A stretch of 64,000 nt of DNA from Amoebidium appalachense (lineage: Eukaryota > Protista > Ichthyosporea): positions 11,989,728-12,053,727 of the forward strand of contig CAVNZM010000005.1 in assembly GCA_963693365.1 (NCBI GenBank), written 5' to 3'. This document shows, in pieces, positions 20,490 to 52,772 of the stretch. Under the pieces are notes generated by a model. That model was not told the DNA's origin. It did not search any database and saw nothing but the letters and a program-made list of their open reading frames with translations. The first letter of the stretch is position 1; every line of letters starts with the position of its first letter. The position numbers and the translations under genes were made by a program.

Positions 20490-20602
20490 AGTATGCACTT
20501 GTTACTGGATAACTCGTGAAGTTTTTTTTATTGTCTTCTCAGTATGCCGTGCATACTTGCATATCTTTCCGTCGAATAAATCCAGTTAAAAGAAGAAAAA
20601 AA
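20490..20602 (+). repeat. Dispersed repeat copy 3, inverted relative to copies 1 and 2
   Basis: ~110 bp near-identical to the reverse complement of ~17515-17627; reads SMHLLLDNS* then ...gtcgaataaatccagttaaaagaagaaaaaaa. Confidence 0.8.
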
Positions 20603-20910
20603 GTATTAAAAAAAAAGTATTTAGGTCCACTGGCCCTGAGTTCGGTGGACCTGGCGCTCCACGTAAGTTGTAAGTGGCCTTTTTCGGGTTTCATGATCAG
20701 GTGGCGTTTGTCTGGCCCTGCTGCGCTCTTGCCGTTTTAATTGCCGATTGGACGATCTACGAATAGTCTATTCATTTTATTGGGCCTACTCCACAGGGCT
20801 GCACACGTGTGGCTCCTTGCTGGCGGGCTGCCGAATGCGCCAACTTCACCAGGTCACACAGTGTTTGTTGAGGCATCAAGAAAGAGAGAGGTGGGGTTTG
20901 AGAGCAGGCA

Positions 20911-20954
<44 letters not shown>

Positions 20955-21197
20955 CGGCGAAACTTGTATGCACATGTGTACTACATGATCGCGATCTGCC
21001 AAGGCCGCTTCCTGCAGCTGAGGCTGCCGTACACCCGCTGACTGACAGTAACAAAGCACATGCCTCAAGTTGCACGGGCAAGGGAGCCATGCACAATTCA
21101 GATTCGCGCACTTGCATGGCATTGTTTGTGTGTTCCTATGCACGTGTGCTTGTGCGTGTGCGGTTTGTGTGAGTATGTGAAGTGTGTGAAGTGTGTG

Positions 21198-21233
<36 letters not shown>

Positions 21234-21411
21234 TCGTGTGTCAAGGGAGAGGGGGGAGGAATTTCTCAAAGAGTGAGTTGAGAGGACACGTCTACTCGTT
21301 GATATTCTTCCTGTACAAACGCATAAGTGCCCTGTGAGTTTTTTTTTTTTTTTTTTTTTTTTTTTGGAGGGGGGGGAGAGGGGAAGGGGGGAAGGGGGTG
21401 GTGGTGGTGGT

Positions 21412-21447
<36 letters not shown>

Positions 21448-21538
21448 AGAGAGGGACGGAAACCATTGAGGAGACACCAAATTTGACAAAAAACAAAACG
21501 TCACAAAAACGAAAACGAATCGAACATTTTATTTTATT

Positions 21539-21579
<41 letters not shown>

Positions 21580-21840
21580 GGGGGGGGGTCTTCAATATTC
21601 AAGGGGGGGGGGGGGGAGAGAGAGAGAGAGAGAGAGAGCCGGGGGAGGGGGGGGGAGGAGGGGGAGGGGGGGAGGTGGCTTATTATGTTCCGTGCATTTC
21701 TGTGCTCCATCGACGAGGTGTAGAACGGCCCAAAATTGGCAGGCAACACCTAAACCCAACCTGATTGTAAAAAGTTGACCAAAAATCAAAAGGAAAATAC
21801 CATACTCCTAGGGAGTGTTACTAATGTATATAATTACTAT

Positions 21841-26709
<4,869 letters not shown>

Positions 26710-28404
26710 TGTCAATCTGGTCAACAAACAGGATTGAAACGAAACTCGAAAGTGAAACGGCGCACCGGTAAGAGGAGGGTAAAATGCTGGGCAACCACTT
26801 CAAAGGAATCCCAGGAACTTTAAATTCTACAACTTTAATCACAAGAGTTCTGCAAAAATGATCTTATTCCCATAACTAATATTATGTCCAACATCGTACC
26901 ACCCGGCCCCAGCTTCACGTGTTCGGAAGTGTTGACAAGTTGGGCGCCTTGTAGGAGGCCATGGGCCAATGGCCTGGGCGCAAGCTGGGCTGTTCAACTG
27001 TCTAACGGCTAAAACATGTGGCAAACTAAGGGGTCTACTGATATCTTTTAAAGCATTGAGAATCGGGTCTTTTATTAGATTAAAACTTTAGAAATCTTGT
27101 TAAAACATCTAGGAAGTATTACAAGTCATGCAGTAAACTTGTTTTCTTTCCATTGGCTGCTTATTTCTTTGGGCGGGAGCTATGCTATTTGTAGGGACCG
27201 AGAGGGGAGCGAGTGGACGGGGCGTACAGAACGAAAGCCAAAACTATGGCCTTTTGTACATTATATGTAGGATAAACCACTATACATAAAAATAACTCTC
27301 TTGGCGTAAGGAAATACGCGTATTTACTTCTACATGGGCATAAATTATCTACAAATGCGTTTGGGGACATCGTCTGGCACTGGTTGGACAACTTCAGAAC
27401 ATGGAAAACGGGGAAACAGGCGGGCCAGTGGATTGTGAAGTAGTGTTCTGAAAGTAACGAGAAAATGCACAAATGCACCTAGAAGCACGCACTTATTCAA
27501 CAATCCAGAGGAAATATCATCATAGTAGGAGTTGTAAGTTATAGTCGCCATACAAGGAGTTCACTGCTGGCATGGAGGGCGCAGACTCTCCCGCTGTGGG
27601 GGTGAGCGAAGAAGAGAAACAATTTAGAAACGAGTATGAAGGTGAGCACTTTCCTGTCTAGTCTAGTGATAGCTCTATCTACATATTTTTTCTGGTTGTG
27701 ATCTTTGTCATTTCCCTCTTTTCTCCAGTCATGAGCTTGAAGGTTCTCTGCAGGACCATCTTCGCCAATGCAACAAAGCTCCTCGTCGTATTCCCGGAAT
27801 AACGCAAGCACTTCTCCACGAAGCTAACAGTCACTTCTTTTTTCATCTTGCTACATACCCACGTTAGCACAGCCCGCGGTTAGCCTCAGGCAAAGAAGTT
27901 TTAGGCGGGCTAGACTTACATACGGGGGCAAGGACTATTAAAGAGAAAAAAGAGAGCGCATGTGGCCGTGCTAAACTAACGGATTGTTGAAACACGAAGC
28001 CCTACACACAGCACAGGGAGAGGACTACACCAGATATTCGTTCACACAGGTGTTTAATAGCGCAAGTGCATTCGAAGTGTGATAGTACTAACATACACTC
28101 ACATTCACTTAACCGAAGGCCGTTCCCCTTTCGAACCGCTCCTCCCCCCCTCCCCTGCGTCCCCCCCCCCCCCCCCTCCCCCCCCCCCCCCCCCCCCCTC
28201 CCCCCCCCTCCCCCCCTTGCCTCTGCCGCACACCTCACTCGGTGTGATTCACACGCTTGCCTAAAAACCCATCAATGATGTAGGTACAATCCAAGACCCC
28301 TCCTCTTCATCGTCCACAACGACCCCCTCCCCCCCCCCTCCCTCCCCCCCCCCCCCCCCCCCCCCCCCCAAACACACACACACACAACGTGCTCATGTAC
28401 ACAG

Positions 28405-41533
<13,129 letters not shown>

Positions 41534-41759
41534 CTGGCAAAGAATCACGGTTTCTTATGGCCACAAGTGTTTGTGTTACCGGAAAGTCAGATCAGATATC
41601 TGTTTTTAAGTTTTACACAAGTGAAAAATGTTTTCTAACAGTGGGCCAATGAATTTCGATTTCGATCTGGGTATTGAATGAATGTATATATTAAAAAGGA
41701 TGCTAATTGATAGTATGCTAATAATAACCTCATGTAGGTAGAGAAAACAGTGTTGAGTA

Positions 41760-41993
41760 AGGGTTAGTCGTAGAGGTTTAGTAGAAAAGATTTGTTCTGT
41801 GCACACGTGTTGTTTTATTGACACTTTCTTTAGCATTGTGTGTGCCCAAAGTGTAATTGGTTAGATGTAATGTGGATTTGAGACCACGCTAGCATACAGT
41901 CACCCCCCCACACACGTGTTCACAAGCTCTTTCACTCACTCACAGTGCACATACATGCGTACACTCACACTCACAGGTGCACGTGCGCGCGCG

Positions 41994-42053
<60 letters not shown>

Positions 42054-43436
42054 TCTCTCATTCTCTCACATTGCTCAACTACGTATACCAGGAAACTTTA
42101 AGCATTTCTGTCCTGTATTCATACGAAATCAGCTTGTAGCGAAATTCCATCATCCCGACGACGGTCCGTCCCCTAACGTCTGTGCATGCTCCCCCCAAAA
42201 ATCCCCACAACTAAACAAGTTAAATTTTCTAGGATGGCAACCTCAAACACACAGTAGCACCACCACTGTCCCCTTGGCCATTACTCATAGTAAACATCAT
42301 ACAAATCAACAAATGCACAAGCACCCCCAAACAATCACATGTGCGTGATCTTTCCGTAGACAACTGTTGAGTGACAACCATGAACCCAAAATTAGTCGTT
42401 TGACAAGAACGTTTCATAATTCACAAACCCACTCCCATATACATATAATACCACTGAACGCTCCAATTCGAATATTTCCTTCCACCAGGAGCCACCATAA
42501 TTGCGTTTGCACCCTCCACTTTCAAAGTTTGGTGCAAAATACGGGACATTTCCGACACTGAATGTGGATGGTGCGTGTGGTCACCCTACAGAAAAGTGAT
42601 TTAAAATACCATCCAGCCCTATTGAATTGCAACATATACTGAAAAGGGTACCCCCATACAGATTTCCCCATCCAACCCTCCCCCCCCCCACCCCCCCCCC
42701 CCCCCCCCAAAAAAAATCCAAATTTCGTAAATTTCGTGAATTTTCAGACCCCCCCCACCCACCCACCACCCACCACCACCACCACCCTACTCGTTCTTTG
42801 CAGCGTGCCTTGCCTTATTGCGTCTTCTATCTTTCTCTTTCCTCACCTGTTGCCCCACCCGTTCATCATCACTCAGGGTTTGAAATATACGCCCCAGAGC
42901 TTTGACACTGGCACGACGGCGCCTGCCCCGTCCTCTGCCTTCCATATTTGGTTCCTCCGATGACGTCACAATCACGACCTCCTCCTTATGTGCAAGTAAA
43001 TCCTCTCTTTTCTGATTGGTCAACGGAGTATCTAATCGTTCCTCCCCCACCTCCTCAATCGACTCCGATTCTGATTCGCTCTCGCAATTTCTCTTTTTTC
43101 CTTTTTTGGCATTTCCAACTAGGCCGAACGCTTGAGCAAATATGTGGTCAGGTGTGGGCTGCATGCGCGCAACTGGCCTTCTACGCCGGGGTGGGGGGGA
43201 TTTATCATAGAATCCCAGGTAGTTGAAGTTGGGCTCTTTGGGGGGGCCCGATGGACAGGATTTCCAACTTTTCTTCGGAATGCGGGGGGGGTCCGGTTGG
43301 GTGGTGACGGTGGACATGTGAGGCCTTGGCTGATCTGTTTGTGGGTTGGTGGGGAGAGAGGTTGGAGGGTATGGGGGGGATGGTTTTTTTTTGTTTTTTT
43401 CTTGTTTCTTTTTTTTCTCTCTTTTTTTTTTTTTTT

Positions 43437-43480
<44 letters not shown>

Positions 43481-43620
43481 AGAGTTAAGAATGTGTTAAG
43501 AAACACAAAATACACATTCGCGACGCGTATGGACAACACAATGCAGAAGCTGTGCAAACCAAAGACAAGGAGTATGCATCGTATGCAGGTACCGTCCTGT
43601 CTGTGTGTGTCTGTGTATGT

Positions 43621-43677
<57 letters not shown>

Positions 43678-44312
43678 CTAGGTGTGTGGGTGGGTGGGAG
43701 TGTTTGTGTGTGTTGAAGAGGGAGGGGGCGCGGAAGGGGGGGGGGGGGGGGGGGGGAGGGGGGAGGGGGGGGGGGGAGAAAGGGGGATGTGATGGCATAT
43801 CCCTTAACGACATGTACAATTTATCTTTCTTCGTTCAAGTACTGACATCTTAGAAATCACTCTCGCAGGGCGGAGGAGAAGAGGGGAAATGGGAGGGGGG
43901 GAGAGGGGGGAGGGGCACGGGGGGAAGGGGGGAGGGGGGAGGTACCTTTGTCTATCTTCCGTAAGAGGGGGAAGGTGGGCGGGGAGGGGGAGGGGGGGGA
44001 GGGGGGAGGGGGGGGAGGGGGGGGAGGTACCTCTGCCTATCTCCCGTATTCCATATCTCCTTGCAAGCCCGTCAGATGAATTCGAACTGGATTCGGACTC
44101 TGATGGAATCCCTTTGGCTTCGACCTTAACGGGTGTAGCTGTAAGGTAACTATAGTGAGTGAGAGATGCTAAATTAGGATTTTCCTTTTTTAAGGTGACT
44201 AAGAGACCAAAGACGTGTGGGATCTGAATTCATGAATTTTTTGTGTTTTGGTGTGTGCTGCGGCGGGTGTGTGTGTGTGTTGTGTGTGTGTATTGTGTAT
44301 GTTGTGTGTATG

Positions 44313-44344
<32 letters not shown>

Positions 44345-45260
44345 ACGCGCGTGCGTGTGTGACACTGTGTGTGTGTGTGTGTGTGTGCGTGGGTAAGTAT
44401 GCGACAACAAGATCTGCATATGTGTGTGTATGTGCATGTCCGTGAGTGACTGGCAACAGTGAGTGGAAGCCTCACCGAATACTTGGATATCTCCCTCCTT
44501 CTCACAGCATCTCAAGGTTGTGTTTGCAGTTCATATACTTTGTTTAGTGCAAAGAGGAACAGGGAGGGGAAGGGGAGGAACGCCGGGCCGGGGGGAGGGG
44601 GGGGGAAGAGGGGAGTGAGAGAGAAGAGAGCAAGATAGAGAGAGGGGGGGGAGAAAGGGAGGGTGGGTGGGCTGGGGGGCCGGGGGGGGGGGGAGGGGGG
44701 GGAGGGGGGGCAAATGGACTCTTACCAATCTCCGGTGTGGCGGGTATGCCCCCTGCAAAGTCCATCTGTCCCATGGGTGGTTTGGCTTCGGTCTTGACCC
44801 TTGCTGCTGCCGCCTGTGTGTGTGTGTGTGTGTGTGTGTGGGCGCGCGCGCGCGCGTGTGTGTGTGTGTATGTGTGTGTGTGTGTGTGTGCCTGTGTGTG
44901 TGCCTGTGTGTGCGCGTGTGCACACGCATCATCATCCCCTTTACGACACAAATTCTGCTTGACAAGACACCCACCGGTCCCAAAAAAACGGCTATCTGAA
45001 GTGTACGGAAATTATATTTCTTGGGTGACTCCGTTATCCCGTGGCGTATCCTTATCTGTCCGGAAACCTAGGCCAAAGTACGCATGGGTAGGTCGGTAAA
45101 CATGGACACATCCAGAGTATATACATTCGGGGTTGGCACTGTGAGCACTTACACATCTGTTTAATTCCGGTTCGTTAACGTCTTTTATTCCCTGCCGCCG
45201 TCTTTTACACACACGTCTGCACACACATGCACACACCTGCACAGACACTGCCTCTCCCCT

Positions 45261-45294
<34 letters not shown>

Positions 45295-46276
45295 TTCTCC
45301 TCCCTCCCCAGCCCGCACAATCAAAACACAAACACACACACACACACAAACACACACACAAACGCAAACACACACACACACACACATACACACACTCTCC
45401 CCCCCCTCCCCCAAACCTCACAGACAAATTTTTTTCCCATCCCCTCTCCCTCTCCCCCCCCCCTCCCCCCTCCCCCTCCCCCAACGCCACCCCACACCAC
45501 ACACAGATGCACACACACACCTGCACCTGTCCATATAAGCATCTGGCGTCCCCTCCCTCCCTCGCAATCCACCTCTTTACTCTCTCCCTCTTTGCGCTCA
45601 CATGCTTGATCCTTGTGCACCCACACCCCCTCAGCCCCTTGAAAAACCACGGAAGGGTGTCAAGAGGCCAATCGTGTTTCCCTCTCTGACGGCACACAAC
45701 CATTGCAAGGTTGATCTGTGGGTGTTGTGTTAGAGTTTCAGTTCTTAAAAAACATGACACATTTTGACCCCCCCCCCCCCCCCCTCCCCCCAGCCCCTTC
45801 CCCCCCCCCTCCCCCCCCCCCCCCCCCCCCCCCCCCCTTCCCCCACCACCACCCCACCACCACCACCACCACTACCACCACCCAACCAGCCACGCATAAA
45901 CCCACACACACACACACACACGAAAAAGGTGTTTGCCTGCGCGAAAATACTCTCATGGGTACCAACACACGATTGTGGGAAAGTAAGTATGTACATACAC
46001 AAAAACATAGAGAAACTACTACATGAGAACATGTGGGCCATCATCCCGCCCACTCCCCCCCCCCCGCCCCTCCTCCAGCCCTCGAAAAAAAGAAAGAAAG
46101 AGAAGAAAAAAGAAAAGAAAAGCAAAGAAAAAAGAAAAAGAAGAAAAGAAAGGAGAGGTGGGGGGGGGGGGGGGGGGGGGGGGGGGGAGGGGGGGCGGAG
46201 ATGGGGAGGGAGGGAGGGAGGGAGGGAGGGAGGAAGGGAGGGAGGGAGGGAGGGAGGGAGGGAGGGAGGGAGGGAG

Positions 46277-46317
<41 letters not shown>

Positions 46318-46554
46318 GGGGGGGGGGGGTGAGGGCTAACTTGAGAGAACCCCCACCTGTGTGTCATCAGTTATCACCACACTGTCTAGACATCTGTGCC
46401 CGTGCAGAGAAAGTGCCTCTGCATCTTTGAGCACCCCCCCACATTCCAATTTTTGCAGCGCTGCCCGGGCAATTTTTGTGTCATACTTGCTGCCCGTTTC
46501 TTCGTTTTCTGAGGCTGTGACGTACACTGGGTCCGGGGTATATTTATCTTCCAT
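41760..46554 (-). CDS. Uncharacterised multi-exon protein
   Basis: Start MEDKYTPDPVYV... at 46554. Candidate exons with canonical sites include ~45715-45600 (INLAMVVCRQRGKHDWPLDTLPWFFKG), ~45068-44925 (VSGQIRIRHGITESPKKYNFRT...), 44813-44726, ~44138-44030, 43334-42847 and ~42585-42455. No family recognised; 3' end uncertain. Confidence 0.55.
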
Positions 46555-46953
46555 AGTGACTGTGGTGTTAGTTATTTTATAATTTCGTTAACAATTGATT
46601 GTCATCCAACGTGTGCTCTCCACTCGTACTAACGCAGGGTGGGAGTACAGAAGAAAAAGAGGTGCCAAGGAAGGTAGATATCACCTGTAATCACCCGTGG
46701 GTATGTAAACAATGTTCTTGTTTTTGTTTTGTTAAGCGCAGTGGTGCCCTGAGCAAGTAGCTCATAGCGTTCCATTTGATTAAAGAACCGCGAGTTAAAA
46801 AATCGGATATTAATTAGAAAACTGTCTGGCAGAACCCAGGATAATTGTCTGAAACACAGGTAGAAGAAGGAAACGTTTCCCCCAGTGTCGAGTTCACTAT
46901 CGGTTTGTCCTTTCTTCTTGCGTTAAGACTCAATACGGAGACAAAGGAAGGCA

Positions 46954-46991
<38 letters not shown>

Positions 46992-47559
46992 CCTAACACG
47001 TCTCGTGTTACATGACAGGGTTTGCGCAAAGCTCACGCGAACTGGATGGCACATCCGGATGCTGACCTCTGTACGAGCAAAACGTCTGGAAATTTCAAAG
47101 GCACAAAAGAGGCACGTGAAAATAAAAAATGGTTGCTTTCATGACGCACCTCTTCTGCGTTTGAGAGGGTCACCTCCTCCATGGCTCTTTAATATTTTCT
47201 TTTGCTCGAAGCTCTGAAACAGTCAAACAAGCTGTCACCGCAAGTACGTAAATTTCACCACCCCACACACGCCGCACGCATGAGAGCACGCATGTCCGAC
47301 TTGAAGTTGCCCTGTGCCATATGTTTTCCCGAGAGAGGAGGCAGCGTGGAGTGAATCGGGAGCACGGCCATCTAGAGTCTCTAGATGGCCGTGATCTGGG
47401 CTGGAGGCAGTTTCATTCTTTCTGCATTCCAAAACGTGTATTAGATAAGATTTTGATTTGTGATTGGTTTCTTTAGGGAGCTTTATCCGTATATGGTAAG
47501 TGAGTTTTGGAGCCAACAAATGACGTTGGTTGCAGACTTGCCAAATTGGTAAATGTACA

Positions 47560-47650
47560 CTCACAGGGGATTGGTTAGAAAAAATGTTAGCTGGTTTGAT
47601 TGGTTTTGGTTAGGGATTTCCGATTGGCTAGTAAGTTAGGTATATAGACG
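47560..47650 (+). promoter_or_regulatory. Cluster of reverse CCAAT (GATTGG) boxes plus TATA-like gtatatag
   Basis: gattgg at ~47569, ~47598 and ~47622, then ggtatatag at ~47640. Lies ~1 kb upstream of the minus-strand gene start and may serve either direction. Confidence 0.35.
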
Positions 47651-48513
47651 GATCACACGCGGATTTTGACTCAGTTTTGTCTTTTCAACTGTGTGACCGT
47701 GGTTAGTGATAGAGGAAAATTCGGCAGAGAGAGGTGAGGGTTTAGTCGTTTGGTTACAGTGGGTTTTGGTGGCTGTCTTGTTAAACAGCACAACCTCCTT
47801 TCGATGACTGAATAGCGTCTACTTCTTTGTGCTGGGTTTTTCGTTCTTTCGCTACAATGTCTTCCTCTGGTGTGCTCCAGTTTCTTATTAATCAAGTCCA
47901 GTCTTCCCCTCTTGAGGTTGCAGTGAAAGTGGTGGTGACCAATGCTGTTGTCTTCTCTAACTCCCCTGTTTTGTCTAAGTGGGTGGTTTTAAGACGTTTG
48001 CTGGTGTGCCTGTTCGAACGTGTGCGCCCCCTCTCCACTCCGCCTTCAGACACCGACTCCAACAAATGTGAAAATGTCAATTTAGGAAGAATGAGCCACA
48101 TATGATTGGTGAATACATCGAATAGATCCCGATCGAAACGCCGCGGCGCCAGTCACACATGTCACATGTGGCTTGAGGCCTCACAGCTCAGTCTGCAGTG
48201 AGTGTCACAGAATGTATCCTCGCAGTCGTATGCTGTTCACTCTGCTTCGCCGCAGAATAGCAGTACATAAATATATGTTTATATTTTCGTTGGCTTTGTT
48301 CCTGTTTACCTTTATAGAGTCCTTCGTGCTTTGCGTCTCCGGCGCACAGAATTGCGGCCTAAGCTTGCTTCGGCCCCGGCGATGGCTATATACAGGCCTA
48401 ACGGTACCGGTGCAGGCCAATATCGGATGATACGCTGGGCGGCTATGCCGGACTTCCAACACGATGCTAGATGCACATTTAAGGGACGCCCGGAGGCTGT
48501 CGAACGCGGAGGG

Positions 48514-48545
<32 letters not shown>

Positions 48546-49689
48546 ATGGGGAGGGGGGAAGGAGGAGGGGGGGATTCCCGGGTGAGTAGTAGTTTGGTGA
48601 CAGGTGGGTGATTGACCTTGGCTGGGGTTACTGGTGTCATCATCAGGGGAGAGAGGAGGAGGGGATGGGGCAGCATGAGATGCGCGTACTTACGTGCGTG
48701 TGTCATGTTCTTCTGTGCCACACGGTGGTTGCTCCAGTATATGAGTGCTAAAACACGTCTGCGTGTGTGTGCATGTGCGTGCGTGCGTGCTCGCGAGTGT
48801 GTGCGTGCGTTTGTGTGTGCGCGTGTGTGCGTTCGTGCTTATGTGTGTCTGTGAGAGAGTGTGTTGGCACGCGTGGGTGTGTGTTTTTGCCAGGTTGTTT
48901 GTTTGTGTGTGGTTATGCGTGAGTGTGTGTGTACATGTGTGCGTGTATGCGTGCTTGTGTGTGTGTGTGTGCTGGTGGGGGTGGGTGATGGGTGGTAGGG
49001 GTGATGGGGGTGGTAGGGGTAGGGGGGTGGGCCGACGGGTGGGGGTGGAAGGGTGGGAGGGGGAGGGGGGGGGGGGGGGGGGGGCATGATCCAAAACCCG
49101 CCCCCCCCCCCCCCCCCCCTTCTTTTTTTTAGAGTACTAGTAGGATTGCAATCAGGCAGACAGGCTCTTGCACAACCCCCGGTTTACTCATGCTTTTCGC
49201 CTTTAGGGGAGGGGAGAGAGAGGGGGGGGGGGGGGGGGGGGGGGGTCCTGAATCTTGCGAGGGCAACTCTACGGGCATTGCATTACGTCTTAATCCGGCA
49301 CACAGTGTCGGCTTTGTTTTGATTATCGCTTCGGTGATTTTTATGCATTGCCGAAACCTAACTAAACTTTAAAAGAGGAGGTAGTAAAAACGTGGGTAGC
49401 TACAAACTATAGAAATGTCCGACTAAATGGCATATGTCTATAGTACAATGATTCACATCACGGATACGCCTTAGAGAGAGCAGTATTTTCAATACATAGT
49501 CAACATCACCTGGATAAAGTAGTTACATTACTATCATGAGAGTTCTTTATTTTACGCGACCTAGGCTCAGCTACCGGATGAAACACAAGATACAGCCAGT
49601 CAGAGTAATCATATTGGCTGGTAGCACAAACCATATAAACACAGGTATGACAACAGAAACATAAATCAGGCAAATTTCCAAATTTACGC

Positions 49690-51892
49690 CTAGGTGTGCA
49701 CGAAGACAAGTACCAACGAAACCGGTGTAAATATAACCCCAAAAACAACCAATCCAATAGCACCGTACTTACGTCCGGCCTCCCGCCAAGAACGTTCAGG
49801 AGTAATGGGCAGTCCCGTAATTGTGTCATTATCATTCCCTCCAAACATGCGGTAATAGCACACTCCCGGAAGAACAAACACCATAAGACTAGCAGCGGTG
49901 GAACCGATAAGCGAAAACACAATTCCGAGATCGTCAACGAAAAGTGCGACCACGTATGAAGCCAAAAGAATAAACACAGTCACCCCCCAGTAGAGCACAG
50001 CCTCGTTCCTCCCAGACTTTGAGATTTCGTCATCGTTACCCCCCTCCTGCGCCTTGTTTAGCTTCTGGTGCGATTTGATAGCTGCTGTTATATTTTCAAT
50101 GGCATGAATCGCCGACGATCTGCAGGCATGTGCAAGCAGTGGGTACGTGACAGAAACACAAAAGCTGACTCCGATACGCGCCACCGTTATTGGCGTTGTG
50201 GGTGGGTAGCTCTCCAACACGTTGCTTCTAACCTTGGACCCGTACGTAAGATACCCAAACAGGCCAAAACACACCACCAGAGTATACACAACCGCCATTG
50301 CAGGAGCAATAATAGCATCCATACGATGGACGGACGGGTGGCGAACCTCGTTGTAAATGATGAAGATGTTTGTGTGGCCGGCAAAGGCATAGACACATAT
50401 GGGGAGGGACTTGAGGATGGATATGATGTTGCTGTTGACTGCCACAACCTCACCCTGCGTGCAAGAAAATGTTTAGAGCAGTTTTAAACGTCTTGATGCC
50501 GGAGGGAAAAAGAAAAAAAAAAAAAACTTTGAAACTTTGTAGAAGAAAGTCCTCTGTTAGCCCCCCTCCCCCCCCCCCCCCCCCCCCTTCCCCCCCCCCC
50601 CCCCCCCCCAACCCCACCCTTTAACCACCCCCCTTCCCCACACAAACCCTCTCCGCCCATTGCATTCCACGGCCCCCTCCGCCCCCCCCCCCCCCCCCCC
50701 CTCCCCCCCCTCCGCCCCCCTCCCCCCCCCCCCCCCCACCACCACCACCACCACTACCACCACCGCACTCAACAACCCAACATTGACACACACACAGAAC
50801 GGCCGGCAAAACACTGTCACCCTCGTATTATAACGAAAACATGTCATGAACATATAGGGGGGGGGGGAGGGAGGGGGAGAAGCAAGAGAGAGAAACATTG
50901 AGAGAGATGCAACCAGTACCTTCACGCTGCAGTCCGCAGGGTTATCAAACTGCCCGCACGGGTCCAGGGAGGGTGTGGGTGCAAACAGGAAGAGTAGGGC
51001 CAGAACCATGAAGTAGAACAAAAACACAATGGAGGCTGATGATGTGTAGGCCAACTTGTCCGTTTTCTTCATGCACGTGAGTGGGATTGCAAAAAGAACA
51101 AACGAGACCGTCATCCAAAAACGACGATCCAATAGGAAACTGTCCTGAGATAATTGCCATATTTGGCCGACTGCTTGCGGCATTAGGCCCCCTACAACGA
51201 TAAAGTATGACGTCATGGCACCATAGGTGAAGAAAAATACGGCCAAATCTCCCACCAACGCCAATTTTGGGCACGTGTATTCAGCAAGTTGTCCGTACGA
51301 TGTGCGCTGTGTGTGCAGGTGATGTGCACATTTGGACAGAAGGTGCATGCCAAAAATAGTAACCAAAAGGAAGATGAGAAGAATGATGGACGTGAGTAAC
51401 CAGCCCCCCTCGCTGTATGCAAAAGGTACAGCGAGGATTCCGGCACCGATGCATGCGTTTGATAAATTTGCTGCGCTGGCAAAAACACCCATAGTGCGGT
51501 TGGGGTTGGATTCGGAGGAGGATGACACTCCGTCAATGGGTGTTTGCACGTTGATTTCGGTATCCTGAGGAGGGTGAGGCAAGGTCAACAATATGATTTA
51601 ATGAAAATTTAAGTTGGCAAGTTGACCACCTACAAGGTGGATTGTGTGCAAAAAATCGGCGCTGCAAACTCAGACTTGAATACAAAGACATCAGAAGCCA
51701 GTACCAAAGACTTTCCCATTCTTTTGTACACACTTTCCGTGCAACACTGCGAGTGGTTCCTGTACCGCATTTATCCGACCCGGATCCCAGAGCGGTCCTG
51801 ATTTGTTGAAGCACTAGTTAACATGAACGAAAATAAAACTACGAAAATCCTCCCTCCCCCCCCCCCCCTTCTCCCCCCCCCCCCCCCGGCCC

Positions 51893-51965
<73 letters not shown>

Positions 51966-52097
51966 ACATGTATCCACTGTAGTAGGCACACACGCACACG
52001 CACACACTCCGCACACACACACACACACACACGCACACACACACACACACCGTGACACACACACATACGCGGACACACACGTACACGCACACACACG

Positions 52098-52138
<41 letters not shown>

Positions 52139-52253
52139 TGCACACACGCACGCGCGCACACACACATACGCCCACACGCACGTACGCGCGTGCGCGCACA
52201 CACACACACACACACACAACACGCACGCACACACACACACACACACACCCGCG

Positions 52254-52339
<86 letters not shown>

Positions 52340-52772
52340 ACACACACACACAATGTCCGCCCCCGCCCCCCCAAAAAAAAAGATTAAAAAAAAAAACCCC
52401 CAAAAGGAAAAAAGCTAAAAGAAAGAAAAAAAAATCCGTCATATAGGACGGATTCAAGCAACACTCTCTGCTAATCACATAGTAGGGAGAGGAATCTGCT
52501 GTACATGCCTTTTTAGCGAACACGCTCTCAACCCCCATATTGACAGCGCTCTTCTGTGTAGGTTTGGTCTCTGCACTGTTTGGTTGTGCAATGGTCACCA
52601 TAGTGCCTATGCGCCCATCTACAGTGTTGTACGGGCTGTCTAGGTTTGCAGAAAGAACAGACACATTGCTAGGATGTATGTGCATGTCGGAAAGTGTTAT
52701 TACGCCTTCACCGGATGTGTGTGGTGAGCACACGTCAGATGCTGGTGTGGAAAATGAAGCGTTTGGTGCCAT
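49690..52772 (-). CDS. Amino-acid transporter, Aa_trans family (SLC38 / yeast AVT-like), ~557 aa; exons 52772-52509, 51564-50920, 50454-49690
   Basis: Motifs [90 protein letters not shown], with many TM segments. All junctions are phase 0; intron 1 uses a GC donor. Confidence 0.92.

Noticed and set aside
27539-27890. Short minus-strand ORFs between C8orf82 and SUZ12
   Set aside because: No recognisable motif or splice structure; could be TE debris but I cannot support it.
46360-46470. Ubiquitin-like similarity in LQKLECGGVLKDAEALSLHG
   Set aside because: Only a short resemblance to the GK.L.D...L motif; the N-terminal strands of the fold are not evident.
47857-48510. Possible small plus-strand gene after the CCAAT cluster
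   Set aside because: Short ORFs without homology or a consistent exon chain.
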